NCBI GenBank assembly: GCA_951406725.2 | Contig: OX597821.1 | Coordinates: forward strand, 64,418,001 to 64,482,000 | Direction: 5' to 3' | DNA length: 64,000 bases | DNA from: Octopus vulgaris | Lineage: Eukaryota | Shown here: positions 1-13,909 of the stretch, piece by piece | Layout of the letters: each line of letters opens with the position of its first letter | Position numbering within the stretch: the stretch's first letter is position 1 | Made by a program: the position numbers and the translations under genes | Notes under the pieces: generated by a model | The model's database searches: none | The model's input: only the letters and a program-made list of their open reading frames with translations | Told to the model about the DNA's origin: nothing

Positions 1-206
1 ATTTAAAATTTTATTTTGTATGTTATAGGAGCAACTGTCTTCGAAGACTCATATTGTCGCTGAATGCTCGAAATGAAGTGTAAGATAGACAACCAGCAAC
101 TGATGAATGGTCATCGTTTGTGTTACTTGTCCTGTTTTCCACTTTTTCTCGTTTGATTTCGTATTTGTTGTTTACCGAAATATGCACACACACACACACA
201 CACACG

Positions 207-257
<51 letters not shown>

Positions 258-260
<3 letters not shown>

Positions 261-716
261 ATAGAAATATTAAAATTACTAAGTCTCTTTAAAGGAGATT
301 ACGGCAGCGTTACTGGGTATTAATAGTTATCGCCACACTAATATGGCAGTCTATAAATAAGACTAAAGCTGTCGCTGATTAGCTCCAAGAGGCCATCGCC
401 TCTAGCTAGCTATTTGATACACGAACCTGCGTCCATTACAACCTTCGAACAGGGGAGGTCAGCCGCTTCACCTTGCTCGTCAGACATCTGCAGACATGTT
501 TCAGGGTTGTTGCCCTTTATCAATGCAACGTAGCCAGAACCAGCAGGTGTCGCTACTGCCGTCTGTTCGAAGATTTTATTTACCTAGTTACAGTGGAATA
601 CATCCACTTGTTTTCAATAATAGAACTATTAAAATTACTAAGTCTCTCTAAAGGAGATTACGGCAGCGTTACTGGGTATTAATAGTTATCGCCATACTAA
701 TATAGCAGTCTATAAA
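258..716 (-). mobile_element. Non-autonomous retrozyme/pLTR-like element with ~100-bp terminal direct repeats (258-357, 617-716; period 359)
   Basis: Near-identical direct repeats ATAATAGAA...GCAGTCTATAAA, flanked by (TA)n, non-coding, with an internal hammerhead motif on the minus strand. Confidence 0.65.
489..527 (-). ncRNA. Type I hammerhead ribozyme, U3:A8 core variant
   Basis: Minus strand reads TGCA-TTGATAA-AGGG(CAACAA)CCCT-GAAAC-AT-GTC-TGCA. Stem I, stem II, palindromic stem III and the GUC triplet are all present. Confidence 0.7.
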
Positions 717-736
717 CATATATATATGTGTGTATG

Positions 737-767
<31 letters not shown>

Positions 768-782
768 CTGCGTGTATGCTGA

Positions 783-1116
783 GACCCCCTTCGGTCATGA
801 CTCACCATGGGATTACACCTAGAAAGTTATCCTCCCAGACACAAGGCCGGACAAGGTTATCTATGGAAGACCAGCAGTCGCCCATGCATACCGGCTTCCC
901 CTCTCCACGTCACCAGTGTTATCCAAATGAAAAGCAAAGACTGATACAGCTTGGCACCTGTGACGTCGCAACTCATTTCTACAGCTGAGGGAAGTGGAGC
1001 AACGTGAAATAAAGTGTCTTACACAAGAACACAACACGCAGCCCGGTCCGGGATTCGAACTCACAACCTCACGATCGTAAGCTCGACGTTCTAACCACTG
1101 AGCCATGCGCCTTCAC
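783..1116 (-). mobile_element. tRNA-derived SINE (family C)
   Basis: Minus-strand head GGCGCATGGCTCAGTGGTTAG (A box) and GTTCGAATCC (B box), then the conserved TGTGTTCTTG...ACACTTTATTTCACGTTGCTCC body. Confidence 0.8.
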
Positions 1117-1985
1117 ATGTGTGTTTATATACATATACATACATACATGCATACATACATACATACATACATACATGCATACATATGCATGTGCTTCTTT
1201 TAGTTTCTACCTACCAACTCCACTCACAAGGCTTTGGTCGACTCTAAGCTATACTACAAGACACTTGGCAATGAACCCAATAGCATGATCTACTTGGCGT
1301 TGTAAAGCTGAGACGTGCTGTGAGACTGTTCGACCATTTTATGTGGTGAAACATTCTCTATACTCAGTCCCTATTCCATATCGCCTGACCGACTTCCTTA
1401 TGAGACTTTACACACACACGCATGCACATATATGTATGTATGTAAGTATGTATATAAACATGTATGTATATAAACAGGTATGTATTTAAACAGACATGTA
1501 TATAAACAGGTATGTATTTAAACAGACATGTATATAAACAGGTGTATATAAAAATGTATATATTTTGCAGCTGTTTTCGATACAAGGAACCATGCACCCA
1601 GTGTGGAGTGGCAATTCGATGCCATATAGTTTATTTCATCATTGCTGCCGGACCTTAGTAATACCATTAGTTATAAAAATATCGATTTCAAACACCTGGT
1701 TATTAGTAATGCTATGGCTAAACGGAAGCATAATATTCATAGGTGTCGAGATCATAATGATATCCGTTTCGCTGCTGATGATGAATATATATGTTTGATG
1801 TCCTTTTGCGAATCTTTCATATCTTATTTTCTCGTCATACTTGGTCCTCCTTCATTCTGATTGGGTTGAATTTATCATGGTTGTGTTATTTGTTTTTTTT
1901 TCATGCACGCGTTGATATTGCGTGACTGTCATACCCAGGGAATTCTCTTATAGCTAAAGTATCATTTATTAAACATTTTTGTAGT

Positions 1986-2400
1986 TTACTCTTTTACTTT
2001 TTTACTCATTTACTTGTTTCAGTAATTTGACTGTGGCCATGCTGGAGCACCGCCTTTAGTCGAGCAAATCCACCCCAGGACTTATTCTTTGTAAGCCTAG
2101 TACTTATTCTGTCCGTCTCTTTTGCCAAACCGCTAAGTTACGGTGATGTAAACACAGGAGCATCAGTTGTCAAGTGATGTTGAGGGGACAAACACAGACA
2201 CACAAATATATACACACACATACATATATTTACACATATATACGACGGGCTTCTTTCAATTTCTGTCTACCAAATCCACTCACAAGGCTTTGGTCGGCCC
2301 GAAGCTATAGTAGAAGACACTTACCCAAGGTGCCACGCAGTGGGACTGAACCCGGAACCATGTGGCTGGTAAGCAAGCTACTTACCACACAGCCACTCCT
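1986..2400 (-). mobile_element. tRNA-derived CORE-like SINE (family A, internal microsatellite, (AAAAGAGT)n tail)
   Basis: Matches many copies in this window; contains GGCACCTTGGG.AAGTGTCTTCTACTATAGC. Confidence 0.85.
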
Positions 2401-3751
2401 ACGAGTTTATATAGGTTTTGTCGCTTACATACACTTATAAGCACACACACTCACATACACACATGCACACTCACACTGAGACACAGAAACGCACACGAAC
2501 ACACATACACGAACACACATACACGAACACACACACACACACGAACACATACACATCTATAAAGTGGGGAGGCATGGCCTAGTGATTAGGGTGTTACAAT
2601 CACAATCGCGCGATCGTGATTTCAAATCGTGCACAAGGTGGTACATTAGGTTCTTGAGCTAAACACTTCGGCCCACCTTTGTTCTACGATTATTTCGACA
2701 TTTGACGTGTGGTACGATTTGATGGAGGGAAGGACCTAACTTACGGCACACACTTTTGATCATTATAAACAAATTTTCTGTGCAACATGTTCAGCAAGAA
2801 ATCGACTGAAGAACTCTTTCTTTCTCGGACTATGAGAGACCACCATCACGCATACAGAGACACATACACACACACAAATATATACATCATGAGTCATCTT
2901 TTACCCAGAGAGCTCATATAGTCACGCCTGCATGTATACGCTACGATATTTTGTACACATATATACATATGTCTCGGTCTGCACTTACAAGTAAGTTTGT
3001 CGAATGTTTACGATCGTATCTCTAAATATATAATCAATTTTATGTCCTTCAATGTATGTATAAAGGAATATATCTGTATAAAATCGTATGAAACGATTTT
3101 GTTTCATTTTATTCACGCATGCATCACGTGTGTTTGTTGTCTGTGTGTATGTGCAAGCATGTGCTGGGTGCGTACGTGTGTGCGTGTGTATCTGCGTGTG
3201 TATGTGTGTGTGTGTGTTGATCATACAAACGAAAACTAATACACACACATATTTGATGTCATACATATTCATAAATATATATTATGCATAGAAACATACA
3301 TACACATGAATGAATATATTTCGATACTCAGAAATCTCTGTGTCTAAATATTTTATCTCTATATTCGAACGTATTGATTCCTTCCTTGTGTCACTGGTCT
3401 CCGTAATCTCTTGATTAAGATAGCCATATCATCTCCCTCTCTCTCTCTCCCTCTCTTGCTTTCTTTCTCTTTCTTGCTTTCTTTCTCTCTCTGGGGCTCC
3501 CACTTACTCTCCATTACTTATTACACACACATACACATATATAACTATATATACGTACATATAAATGTATATGCATATATACATAAGCTTCTATACAAAC
3601 ATGTATACGCATGTATGCATATATATATATATATACACACACACATATTCATGAGAATAACATTTTGTTATGTATCTGCTTGTATGGATTTATGTGTATG
3701 TAAGTATAGCCATGCATATATGTATGTATATATACACCTATAGGTATACTA

Positions 3752-3819
<68 letters not shown>

Positions 3820-5951
3820 GTACTTGCATAGATATACACATTTATATATAACATACATGTGTGAATACATTTTTAAAAATACCTTTCGGTTTAATACGGA
3901 AATGATCACATATACATATGTGGTTGTGTGTGTGTGTGTGTGTATGTGTGTGTGTGTGTGTGTGTATTATATATATATATATCGTCGAACATTAAATAGA
4001 TTACATATTTGGAGATACGGACGTAAACATACATCAAGCTTACTCGTAAGTGCAGACAGTGAAACACATACGTTTATATACGCATATACATTCTTACAAT
4101 CATAACCTATAAATACAGACATTCGCATGTGGGCACACTTGTTAGTTGCTAGTTGAAAGATATAACAGTAATCATCATAAAGTGACGATACATACACACA
4201 CCTATATATACATGTGGTGTTTTTATATATAAGTCTATATATTAACGTATGTAAACATATATATATATATATATATGTATGTTTATTTATATATATAGAA
4301 ATGTAAGTATACATATATATATATGACTATATATAATTATGTATATACATATGTAACTCTATATATGTATATACATACATACATATAAACATATACGTAC
4401 ATAAGCTACATACATAGATATAGACATACATGCATGAACATACTTACATATCCCTGGTGATATATATTCAAAATTTCGAATATAATGGCTTTCAGTGATG
4501 AGACGGGCGGATATAACATAGGTTCAAAGCAGTGGAAAATAGCAGAAAAGCCATTTCATGTGATATCTAGACAGAGACAAACAATAAAACAAAAAGCAAA
4601 CCATAAAATAATGAGAGAAAACAAAAGATTTTCTAGAAAATGTGTAGTCATAAAAACGACATTAAAATGAAGGTGGACCATTCGCAGTTAAAACTACTCG
4701 CTATGGTTAATAGTAAATTACTAATAAACGCATAAGTTGTTCGGAACTTTTACAATGTGACTCTATTATCTCTTCTAACTTTGTCGATAACACCAAAATG
4801 AAAAGTAAAAACAAAACGAAAAAGAAAAAGGAAAAATGTAAGTAATCATAACAGTGGCGCATTAAAACAAATTTCTCTACTTTCACATATTTCCTATTTA
4901 GCACCAACAGCTACAGATTCGTTGTACTCTTTCCTTCAATATCGAAACCGTTTAAAAATAATCGACCAAGTTTGAAATGTCCATTGAAACGTGAGTGTCA
5001 CATCCCTTTCATATGTAAAGATAACTTACAATTGAGGCTTCTTGACTTCTTTTATGTGTGAAATCTTATTTATAAAGTCTTAATTTGAAGCACGGTTTCG
5101 AATTCAGACGCTTCTTTTTCTTTTTCTTCTTCTTCCTTTTTATATATTTTTACTTCTCCAAACGTGATATAATAATCTTAGTTATCGTGCGTCTAGGCAA
5201 TTCAGTTTGTGAGTTGCAACCTTGACGTCTGCCATTGTTCTCTCTAGTCTCATCTCGGTTTCATGTTAGACTTTATCTGCAGACAATAGACAATTATTTT
5301 ATTGTTATGTGAACTTCCAAAATGTTCTCTAACATTATTTACTTCTATTTAATTATATCCTAGTGTAAAATTCCTTGAAATACCAGACAATTTTTGAGTC
5401 TAATAGTAATATCTCTTGGTGGCTTTTCCATGCAGCGGGCAACAATTTCAGACATATGCATTTATATATGTTTCTCTATGTTTCTATTGATCAATGGAGT
5501 ACAATACATTTAGCTACATTAGTAGATTAGTAGGTATATAGTAGTCTCTCTCGGCCACTCTCTCCCTCTGTGTCATTCTCTAGTATCTCTCTCTCTCTCT
5601 CTTGATATATATATATGTATAAATGTATATGCGTGTGTGTTTGTCTGTGTGTAACTGAATAGTTATATACATATATAGGTGTATATATGCATATCCACAG
5701 ACATATATATTTACAGATACACACACGCATATACATGTATGTATAGGTAGATGTATAGACGCTTCAAAATTTAACTATGACTATTTAAATTGAAACATAA
5801 ATATATCTGTACGTGTATTTGTTGAATGGCATGTATCTATTTGTAAACGTGCGCGGTTTAATATTTATGTAAGCTATCATTTTGCAATAACTTCAGTTAA
5901 GAGTCTTTTAATTTAACCAGGCGTATTTTGGGGTATAAAATGGTAAATTAA

Positions 5952-6038
<87 letters not shown>

Positions 6039-6115
6039 ATATCTATCTATCTGTCTATCTATCTATCTAGCTAGCTATCTGTCTGTTTCTCTCCCTCTCT
6101 CTCTCTCTCTCTAGC

Positions 6116-6185
<70 letters not shown>
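5952..6185. repeat. (TATC)n microsatellite
   Basis: Read directly. Similar arrays lie near 23455, 25120, 29225-29610, 39450, 42157, 50348, 55525 and 60720. Confidence 0.95.
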
Positions 6186-6189
6186 AATA

Positions 6190-9100
6190 TGCATCGTCAG
6201 GTTATTTAAAATGTTTGTGTCATATTTCAACTGCTAAAAGTCAAATTCACTGCAGTTATCGCGAAGAAAATTCTCCCTTTTGGTAAAAAGGTGTAAAAAC
6301 ACCATATCTGTCCAGTGTTGCCATCTATCAATATATACTCAGACATCGATGTTTCAAGCTCTTTAGCAATTGTTACTGGGAAATACCTAAGAGAGGCAAC
6401 TCGAGACAGACCTTATTAAAGTTATAGCATTAATTAAATACAGTCAACGACATTGGCTGATTTGCGCCAGCAGACCACCAGGTATTTTCGCACCTGATAA
6501 TCAGGAATACACATCCAGAGAAGTTCTACAAATTTATCGCCACACATAATCGTCATTTGGTCTGTGTATACATCAGCAAAATGCATGTATAGCTATATTA
6601 CGATTACGAGGGAACTTTACAGTAATAGCACCATAGATAAGCCAAATAGTCTATCGCAAACCAATAGTCGGAATATTAGCTCTCACTTTGAATGTTATGC
6701 TTAGCACCTTATCAGCAAAGCACCTGATGCAGAGCCTGGATAGCAATTCAGGTAAATCGCATACATATAACAACCGATGCAGACTCTGAAGAATTAATAA
6801 TACTAAGAATATCATCCACATCATACGAAATTCTTCGAAATGTCATCACAATATTACCTAGTCATATGGGGAACAAATTTACGATTAAATCCATAGAACA
6901 GATATTCCGGAGGATACAAATAGAAGCTGCAGCACGGTGTGGTGAGAACAATCCTTTCTTATATGAAAGGAGACTGATGGAATGCTCTTGAAAGGACCTC
7001 ATTAAAATGCAAGCATAATATACCATAGAAAGGAGAGAGAAATTATGCATAATAAGAGTAGTTAGTTGGATTACAGTTATTTAAATAGTGTTAAAGGTTA
7101 GTGAAAATAGAATACCTTTGAAGAACGAATCTGTAGTCAGTCTACTCAAACTCTTTCATTTGATTTATACCTATGATTATTGGAATAGATGTATTCACAG
7201 CAATCTGCATCGACATCGGTCTTTAGGACCTGAGCTTTCCGAAACCAGGGAATGTGAAATTATCTGAGCTAGAACCCGAATCTTTCACCATTACAGATGT
7301 GTTTGGAAAATAAAACCAGAAACACACACACAAACGCACACGCACATGCGCACACACACATACGCACATACAAACAGAACAAGCATATATACATAATAAA
7401 CATACATGCATACATGCACACATACATACATACATATATACATAAATATATACATACATACATACAAATATGCATACATACAAACACACATACATACACG
7501 CATACATACATACATATATACATACATACATACATTCATACATACATAATTACATTCATACATACATACATCATACATACATACATACATTCATACTTAC
7601 TTACATACATACATTCATACATACATACATACATACATACATACATACATACATACATACATACATACATACATACATACATACATACATACATACATGC
7701 AAGCTTGCATACAATATAAATAAGTAATACATATATGACGCCAAAAATAGGCTTGCAGGTGCAGAGCATCGAGGAAAAAATGATTTTGAATACTTTTCGT
7801 TTCAATTATGCCCACCTAGGCCTAGATCAGTGAGTAGTTTCTTATTCTTCAATTATGCTAAAGGTAAAAAAACCTTTTTCTCACCAACTTAGTCATTCAA
7901 ATCGGATCTTAAAATATTTTCACCATATGAAATTTTACTTACAAAATTATAGGTGACATTGATAAAATTAAGACCAACCAATAGTGATATTTTTGATGAG
8001 TGCCAAAGTCATTGATGTTAGTAGAAGTACTAGTGAGTTATCTAGCGTCAGCTAGATAACTCACTAAGTTTAAGAATCTTTACAATGTAACTCAAAGTAG
8101 ACTGATTGTCTTCGATGTTATAAATATTTCAAATAGATAATTCCATAAGAAATAGTCTGTGTCTTCTTGTTTATTTTAGTATTAAAGTCACTGGCATTTC
8201 ATTTACGAAATTCCAATGCTTTTGTGCTAAGTTTTACGTGAGCAAAAGGCACCGATATAATACATAATTTCTTTATGGATTATCTAAAATTATATACTTA
8301 AGATATTTATGATGTTGAGAAACAGTTGGATTTAGTAACAACAGTTACACTTAATACAGGGATGGAATTTGGTCAAAGCCAGTGTTCAAATTTGACATTT
8401 AAACGCGGAAAAACGCACCCTTCAAATCAAGGGTCTCTCTATCTTCCACATAATGGTGCTTTGAGCAAATGAAGAAAAACAAATACTATGCAAGATCAAA
8501 ATAAAAACATATAAAAAACAGTCAAAGATTTCCTCTTAAAATAAGACCATATCATACATTAAATCATACATTTTCAGTACTAATATTTAGGAAACGAGAC
8601 TGTTCTATAGCGGAAATCAGGCATCAAAATTCCGACACTAAAACCAAATTTCCGGGGAAATAATACTTGCAAACTGTCTCAGAATGAAGGGGAAAAGGAA
8701 AGGCTTTAGATCAGTTAGGCCTCCTTTGAACATTGAATGGTATTGTTGAGATATCACCTGCTAAACAAGAAACGCAAGAATGAATACATCTATCAAGTTC
8801 TCAACTTATAGGCCAGTTGAGAACACCTCAAGAAACAAACATTTCTTAATGAACTTCCATGCGAATACGAAACCCCAGGCTCAGTTGACCTCAGCAAAAC
8901 CTGAAAAAGTTATGTCTGGGTATTTCCCGTCATATGAATATGAAGAATAGCCACTCTTGCAATTGTGACCATTACATCCCATCACATTTTGACATTTATG
9001 CTCTTGAATTCTGACAGCGGGAGATAGCTTCGCAATGTCGAATGGAGAAAAGAGATATTTCCTCTCTTAAAACCTCGGGAAGCAAATATAAATGTCAATT

Positions 9101-9690
9101 TACAGTTTCATTTATGTTAGGCTTTTGGAAAATACATTACATTTTATCAGCAGCAACCTCAAAATTTCAGTAAGATACTACCCTCCATTACGATGCAGAG
9201 ATGTTTCTAAACAAATAAACAATACCACCTGTAGAAAAGATTGTCCTTCAATTGATATAAGCTATGCCGCTGTTATTGAACAGAATCATGTAAATGTATG
9301 CAGTATCAGTGGAATATTCCCAAGAAAATTTCTATGAAGTGCAAATATATTACGACGGATATCATTGGGAACGGAAAAGTAACATCCCGCAAAGGAATTG
9401 AAATCAGTTGCTATGCAGATGGGAAAATTTCTTCCAAAAATCAGTGAAAACATGAATACTTATGAAAAACTGCGGCAAAACCTGCAGTTAGTCTATTTTG
9501 ATGGTGAATTCTTATACCAATCCTCATTGGTGCACTTTCCTATCTTAGTGAATATCTAAATGACAATCTAGTAAAGGCAGGATTCTCAGGCGAAAGAAAT
9601 AACCACATAGCGCTCACTTTACGAATACAATATGTTTGCCGAACGGTAAAGATATGCAAGAATTTCATAAAGTTCAAGATGCAACATTCA
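6190..9690 (+). pseudogene. Decayed R4/Dong-clade non-LTR retrotransposon (RT plus restriction-like endonuclease), interrupted by (TACA)n
   Basis: 8254-8412 translates DIIHNFFMDYLKLYT*..KQLDLVTT..GMEFGQ..C..KRGK (R4-type F(M/V)DDLKLY RT motif). About 9140-9200 gives HFISSNLKISVRYYPPLR (degenerate CCHC region). About 9400-9680 gives IEISCYAD..NLQLVY..IPILIGAL..TVKICKNF (RLE C-terminus). The 5' boundary is uncertain. Confidence 0.75.
7320..7700. repeat. (TACA)n/(CA)n microsatellite inside the R4 relic
   Basis: Read directly; it explains the overlapping MYVC/HTYI ORFs. Confidence 0.95.
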
Positions 9691-10609
9691 TCGTTGTCGT
9701 TATACAAATTTCAGTGATTAGAAGTGTTTTATTTTTCAATTACAAACGACGGCCTTCATTAGAGGAAAATTTCCAAGGGAAGACATATGTACACATACAA
9801 TTATATATGCATAATACATGTACGTTATAGCTACTGATATAAGTATCTACATACTACCGTTCGTGCTCCTGTTTCCTGATTAAAACGGCTGAATATTTGC
9901 GCTAAGTAATGCAAAAATTACATGCGTCTCTTATCAGGTTGACAATCAAGTTATAAATATACTCTAGACCTTCAATCATGAAGAGAAACACATACACATA
10001 CGCCCTTACACACACATATAGCGTAGTAAAGGGGTGCGCTTAATAGTAAAACACGTTAATAGTAAAACGCGGTTAGATGAAGGCAACTAAGCTTCAGATA
10101 AACTAGCAGGTAGAATTCAAGGCGTTATAGTAATGATAAATATAGAAAATTTGTATTTTAATCTTTCTAAAACACAGACGTGTTTCAGGAAAACGGCCGA
10201 TAATTTTGCGCGAGCCAATTAGCCAGATGTAAATTAGTCGACACACCTCTTCAACGTTTGCAGCGAAAAGTATGTATCTTGGAGAAATGCTTGCCCTAGC
10301 ATATACTCCCGCGAAGTTAATTACATTCAATATATATGTATGTGTGTACGTGTCCACGCGCGCACGTGTGAGTGGAGGAGAGAAAAGGAAAATGAAAAAC
10401 TCAAGGAGACAAGGTGACGTAGGTTGAATGGAAACTACAATAACAGTCACAACAACAACAATATCAATAATAATAGTAATATTACCAGCTACAATACATA
10501 AGGTTAGTGTGAAATCAGACAATTTAAAAAAACAAGTAAAAGTTTCTTAGCAGTTACATTTAGAAACGGACAAAGATAGAAATATATTTCAAAGACTCCA
10601 AAACGCATA

Positions 10610-11010
10610 CTCCCTTTTACTCTTTTACTTGTTTCAGTCATTTGACTGCGGCTATGCTGTAGCACAGCTTTTAATCGAGCAACTCGACCCCGGGACTTAT
10701 TCTTTTGTAAGCCCAGTACTTATTCTATCAGTCTCTTTTGCCGAACCGCTAAGTAACGGGGACATAAACACACCAGCATCGGTTGTCAAGCAATGCTAGG
10801 GGGACAAACACAGACACACAAACACACACACGCATATATATATATACATATATACGACGGGCTTCTTTAAGTTTCCGTCTACCAAATCCACTCACAAGGC
10901 TTTGGTCGGCCCGAGGCTATAGTAGAAGACACTTGCCCAAGGTGCCACGCAGTAGGACTGAACCCGGAACCATGTGGTTGGTAATCAAGTTACTTACCAC
11001 ACAGCCACTC
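10610..11010 (-). mobile_element. SINE family A
   Basis: Full-length match to 1986-2400 and 45340-45786. Confidence 0.85.
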
Positions 11011-11699
11011 ATGAGCCTATATGATAACTTTATCTCTAAAAGAAAGTATCAAAACTACAGGAAGGCTAAACAGAACATTTTAAAGTCCATTAGCGATCAA
11101 GCCCATCATTCTTTAGTAATTACGTACCATGTGGATAGTACATCCGAACTGTTGATCAGCTATGTGACAGGATAAATGCATTTCTACGTTTTACGTATCG
11201 TCAGCAATAAATCATAAGCCCACAACTCGAGGATGCCATTCCTAGTCAAATGTATTTTCATACATGTTGTCTAAGAGGTAAGATTTACCCCCGAAACCAT
11301 TTCCGCAGTGAGAGGTCTTCTCATTTTCGAGTGCACACGAAGGTGCTAAATATCATTGTACAGTTATACATTCTATTCAAAACTGCTTTGCTTTTGTGCG
11401 ACTCTTTTTAGTTGAATCCAGCTTGACGAAGTCCTACAAGTCAACAAATTTATTATTTTCGTATTGTATATATCGTAACAATCTTCCCAACAGGGCTGGG
11501 AACCGTTAAGTTCTGTATCCGTGGTACAGGAGGCGTGACAACGCAGAAATGCATGCATCCAACGATCCGATGACGTTATTCATAGAACAGTTTGACTGTT
11601 TCCACAGCTAAATATCTTCCCACCCATTTACACGTATGTCTTAACTATCATTGTACATGCATATATATATATAAATATATATGTGTGTGTGTGTGTGTG

Positions 11700-11972
11700 T
11701 GAAGGTGTGTGGCTTAGTGGTTGCGGCATTCCGCTCACGCTCATAAGGTCGTGTGTTCTTGAGCAAGACACTCTATTTCACGTTTCTCCAGTCCACTCAG
11801 CTGACGAAAACGAGTAGTACCTGTATTTCAAAGGGCCAGTCTTGTCACACTCTGTATCACGCTGAACCACCCTGAGAACACGTGTCTGTGGAGTGCTCAG
11901 ACACTTGCACGTTAATTTTACGAGCAAGCTGTTCCGTTGATCGTATCAGCTAGGACCCTCGTCGTCGTAACC
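11700..11972 (+). mobile_element. Chimeric SINE (family C head with family D 3' part)
   Basis: Head resembles 783-1116. The 3' half (GTACCTGTATTTCAAAGGGCC...CGTCGTAACCG) matches the reverse complement of 38240-38415. Confidence 0.7.
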
Positions 11973-11976
11973 GTAT

Positions 11977-12374
11977 AAATATACGGGTACAGGACGTCAC
12001 CAACTATAAACAACATGAAGTACGAAAAGAAGCGAGTTAGATACTATATAACAACGAGAGAGAAAAAATTGAAAACAGGACAAGTAACACAAAGAACTAA
12101 CAATCATCAGTTGTCGGCTGTACATCTACCCCTCATTTCGAGCATTCAGTTGCTCCTATAACTTACAAAATATATTTTGAATTTTATGGAGGGTTAAGTT
12201 AGGGAACAAAAGCAGGACAGGGGAGACATACAAGGAAATCGAACATGGAGGGTCTTTAGACCAGAACGAGGGGGAAATAGTGAACGCTGGAAGAAATATT
12301 TCCTCTGAAAAGAGAAAAGATAGATGACGTCGATAGAAGACGTCCAGTCCTTAGAACGTTGCGTAGGAAAAGAA

Positions 12375-12422
<48 letters not shown>

Positions 12423-12915
12423 GAGACAGAGAGAGAGAAAAGAGAAGGGGGGGAGAGAGACAAATATAAAACGGTGAAGGGGAGGAAAAGAGAATTAGAG
12501 AAGGATGGGGAGAAAACAGTATAGAGTAGAGTCACATCAAAAAGGTTATGATAAACTTACTTGGAAGCGGATGCTGGGCGTTCAATAAAATAATATAAAT
12601 TGCAAATATATGGGTACAGGACAACACCGACTGTATACAACATGAAGTACGAAAACAAGCGAGTTCAATACACAAACAACGAAAGAAAAAATATTGAAAT
12701 CAGGACAAGTAACACAAAGAATGACCCTTCAGCATTTATTGGCTGTGTATCTACTCCTCATGTCGAGCATTCAACGACAATATGACTCTTCGAAGACAGT
12801 TGTTCCCATAACTTCCAAAATAGATTTTGGATTTTATGGAGGGTCAATGTTGGGACCAAAAACAGGATAGTGGAGAGATACAAAGAAACCGAACGAAAAC
12901 AAACAAGGAAGGTCA
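11977..12915. mobile_element. Non-autonomous pLTR-like element with diverged ~280-bp direct repeats around a (GA)n core; related inverted copy at 1-180
   Basis: GGGTACAGGAC...CAACATGAAGTACGAAAA...CAGGACAAGTAACACAAAGAA occurs near 11985 and 12611, and 1-180 is its reverse complement. Confidence 0.55.
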
Positions 12916-12928
12916 CACACACACACAT

Positions 12929-12967
<39 letters not shown>

Positions 12968-12987
12968 CATACATATATACATATATA

Positions 12988-13039
<52 letters not shown>

Positions 13040-13041
<2 letters not shown>

Positions 13042-13836
13042 AATGTATATATATAGTTCAGCAAAATTTAGATTCAGATGAATATGGTACTTAAGTCAAA
13101 TGCACCTGAATTTTGTATGGTATTATCCATATAAATCCGTGGGGTGATTATAATCAAAATAAGCAACAAGTATATCCGAGGTAATGTGGTACGATCGTTT
13201 CCTTAATTTTAAAATCCTAATATTTTATAACCAAATAAAAATTAATATACCATACTAGCTTTTATTCCACCTGCATAGATTACTTAGAAATTTCATTATA
13301 TATATATAAATCTGAATATATGAAATTAAAATTTCTTTTTTCTTTTTTTTGATACTCTGCTATATTGGAAAGAAAAAATTCTATATATCTAGGGAAATTT
13401 ACTTGGTTCATCTTGATTACCTCCCTTCCATTACTTTTTAATATATAGTATTGACTCCTGATATATTTACTTAATTGATAAAGTTCTTCTCAACGGGTAG
13501 TAAATATTATGTCTAACATATTCTTTTAATTCGACTCATTAATAAAATAAATCACCATTTACTAGCTAATTATGATTCTATATTAATGGAAATGGGGATA
13601 TATAAATATGAAATAATCGCAAATAATTTCTATATATCTAGAGAAATTACCTGGTTCGTCTTGATTACTTCCCTTCCATTATTTTTTAATATATCTTATT
13701 GACTCCTAATATATTTACTAAATTAATAATGTTTTTTCCACGGTTAGTAAATATTATGCCTAACATTTTCTTTTAATTTAACTCATTAAAATAATCACCA
13801 CTTACTAGCTAATTAGGATTATATATGAATGGAATT

Positions 13837-13909
<73 letters not shown>

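Noticed and set aside
1030-1112. tRNA gene-like sequence (also 38550-38612)
   Set aside because: A and B boxes run straight into a SINE body with no proper acceptor stem, so these are SINE heads.
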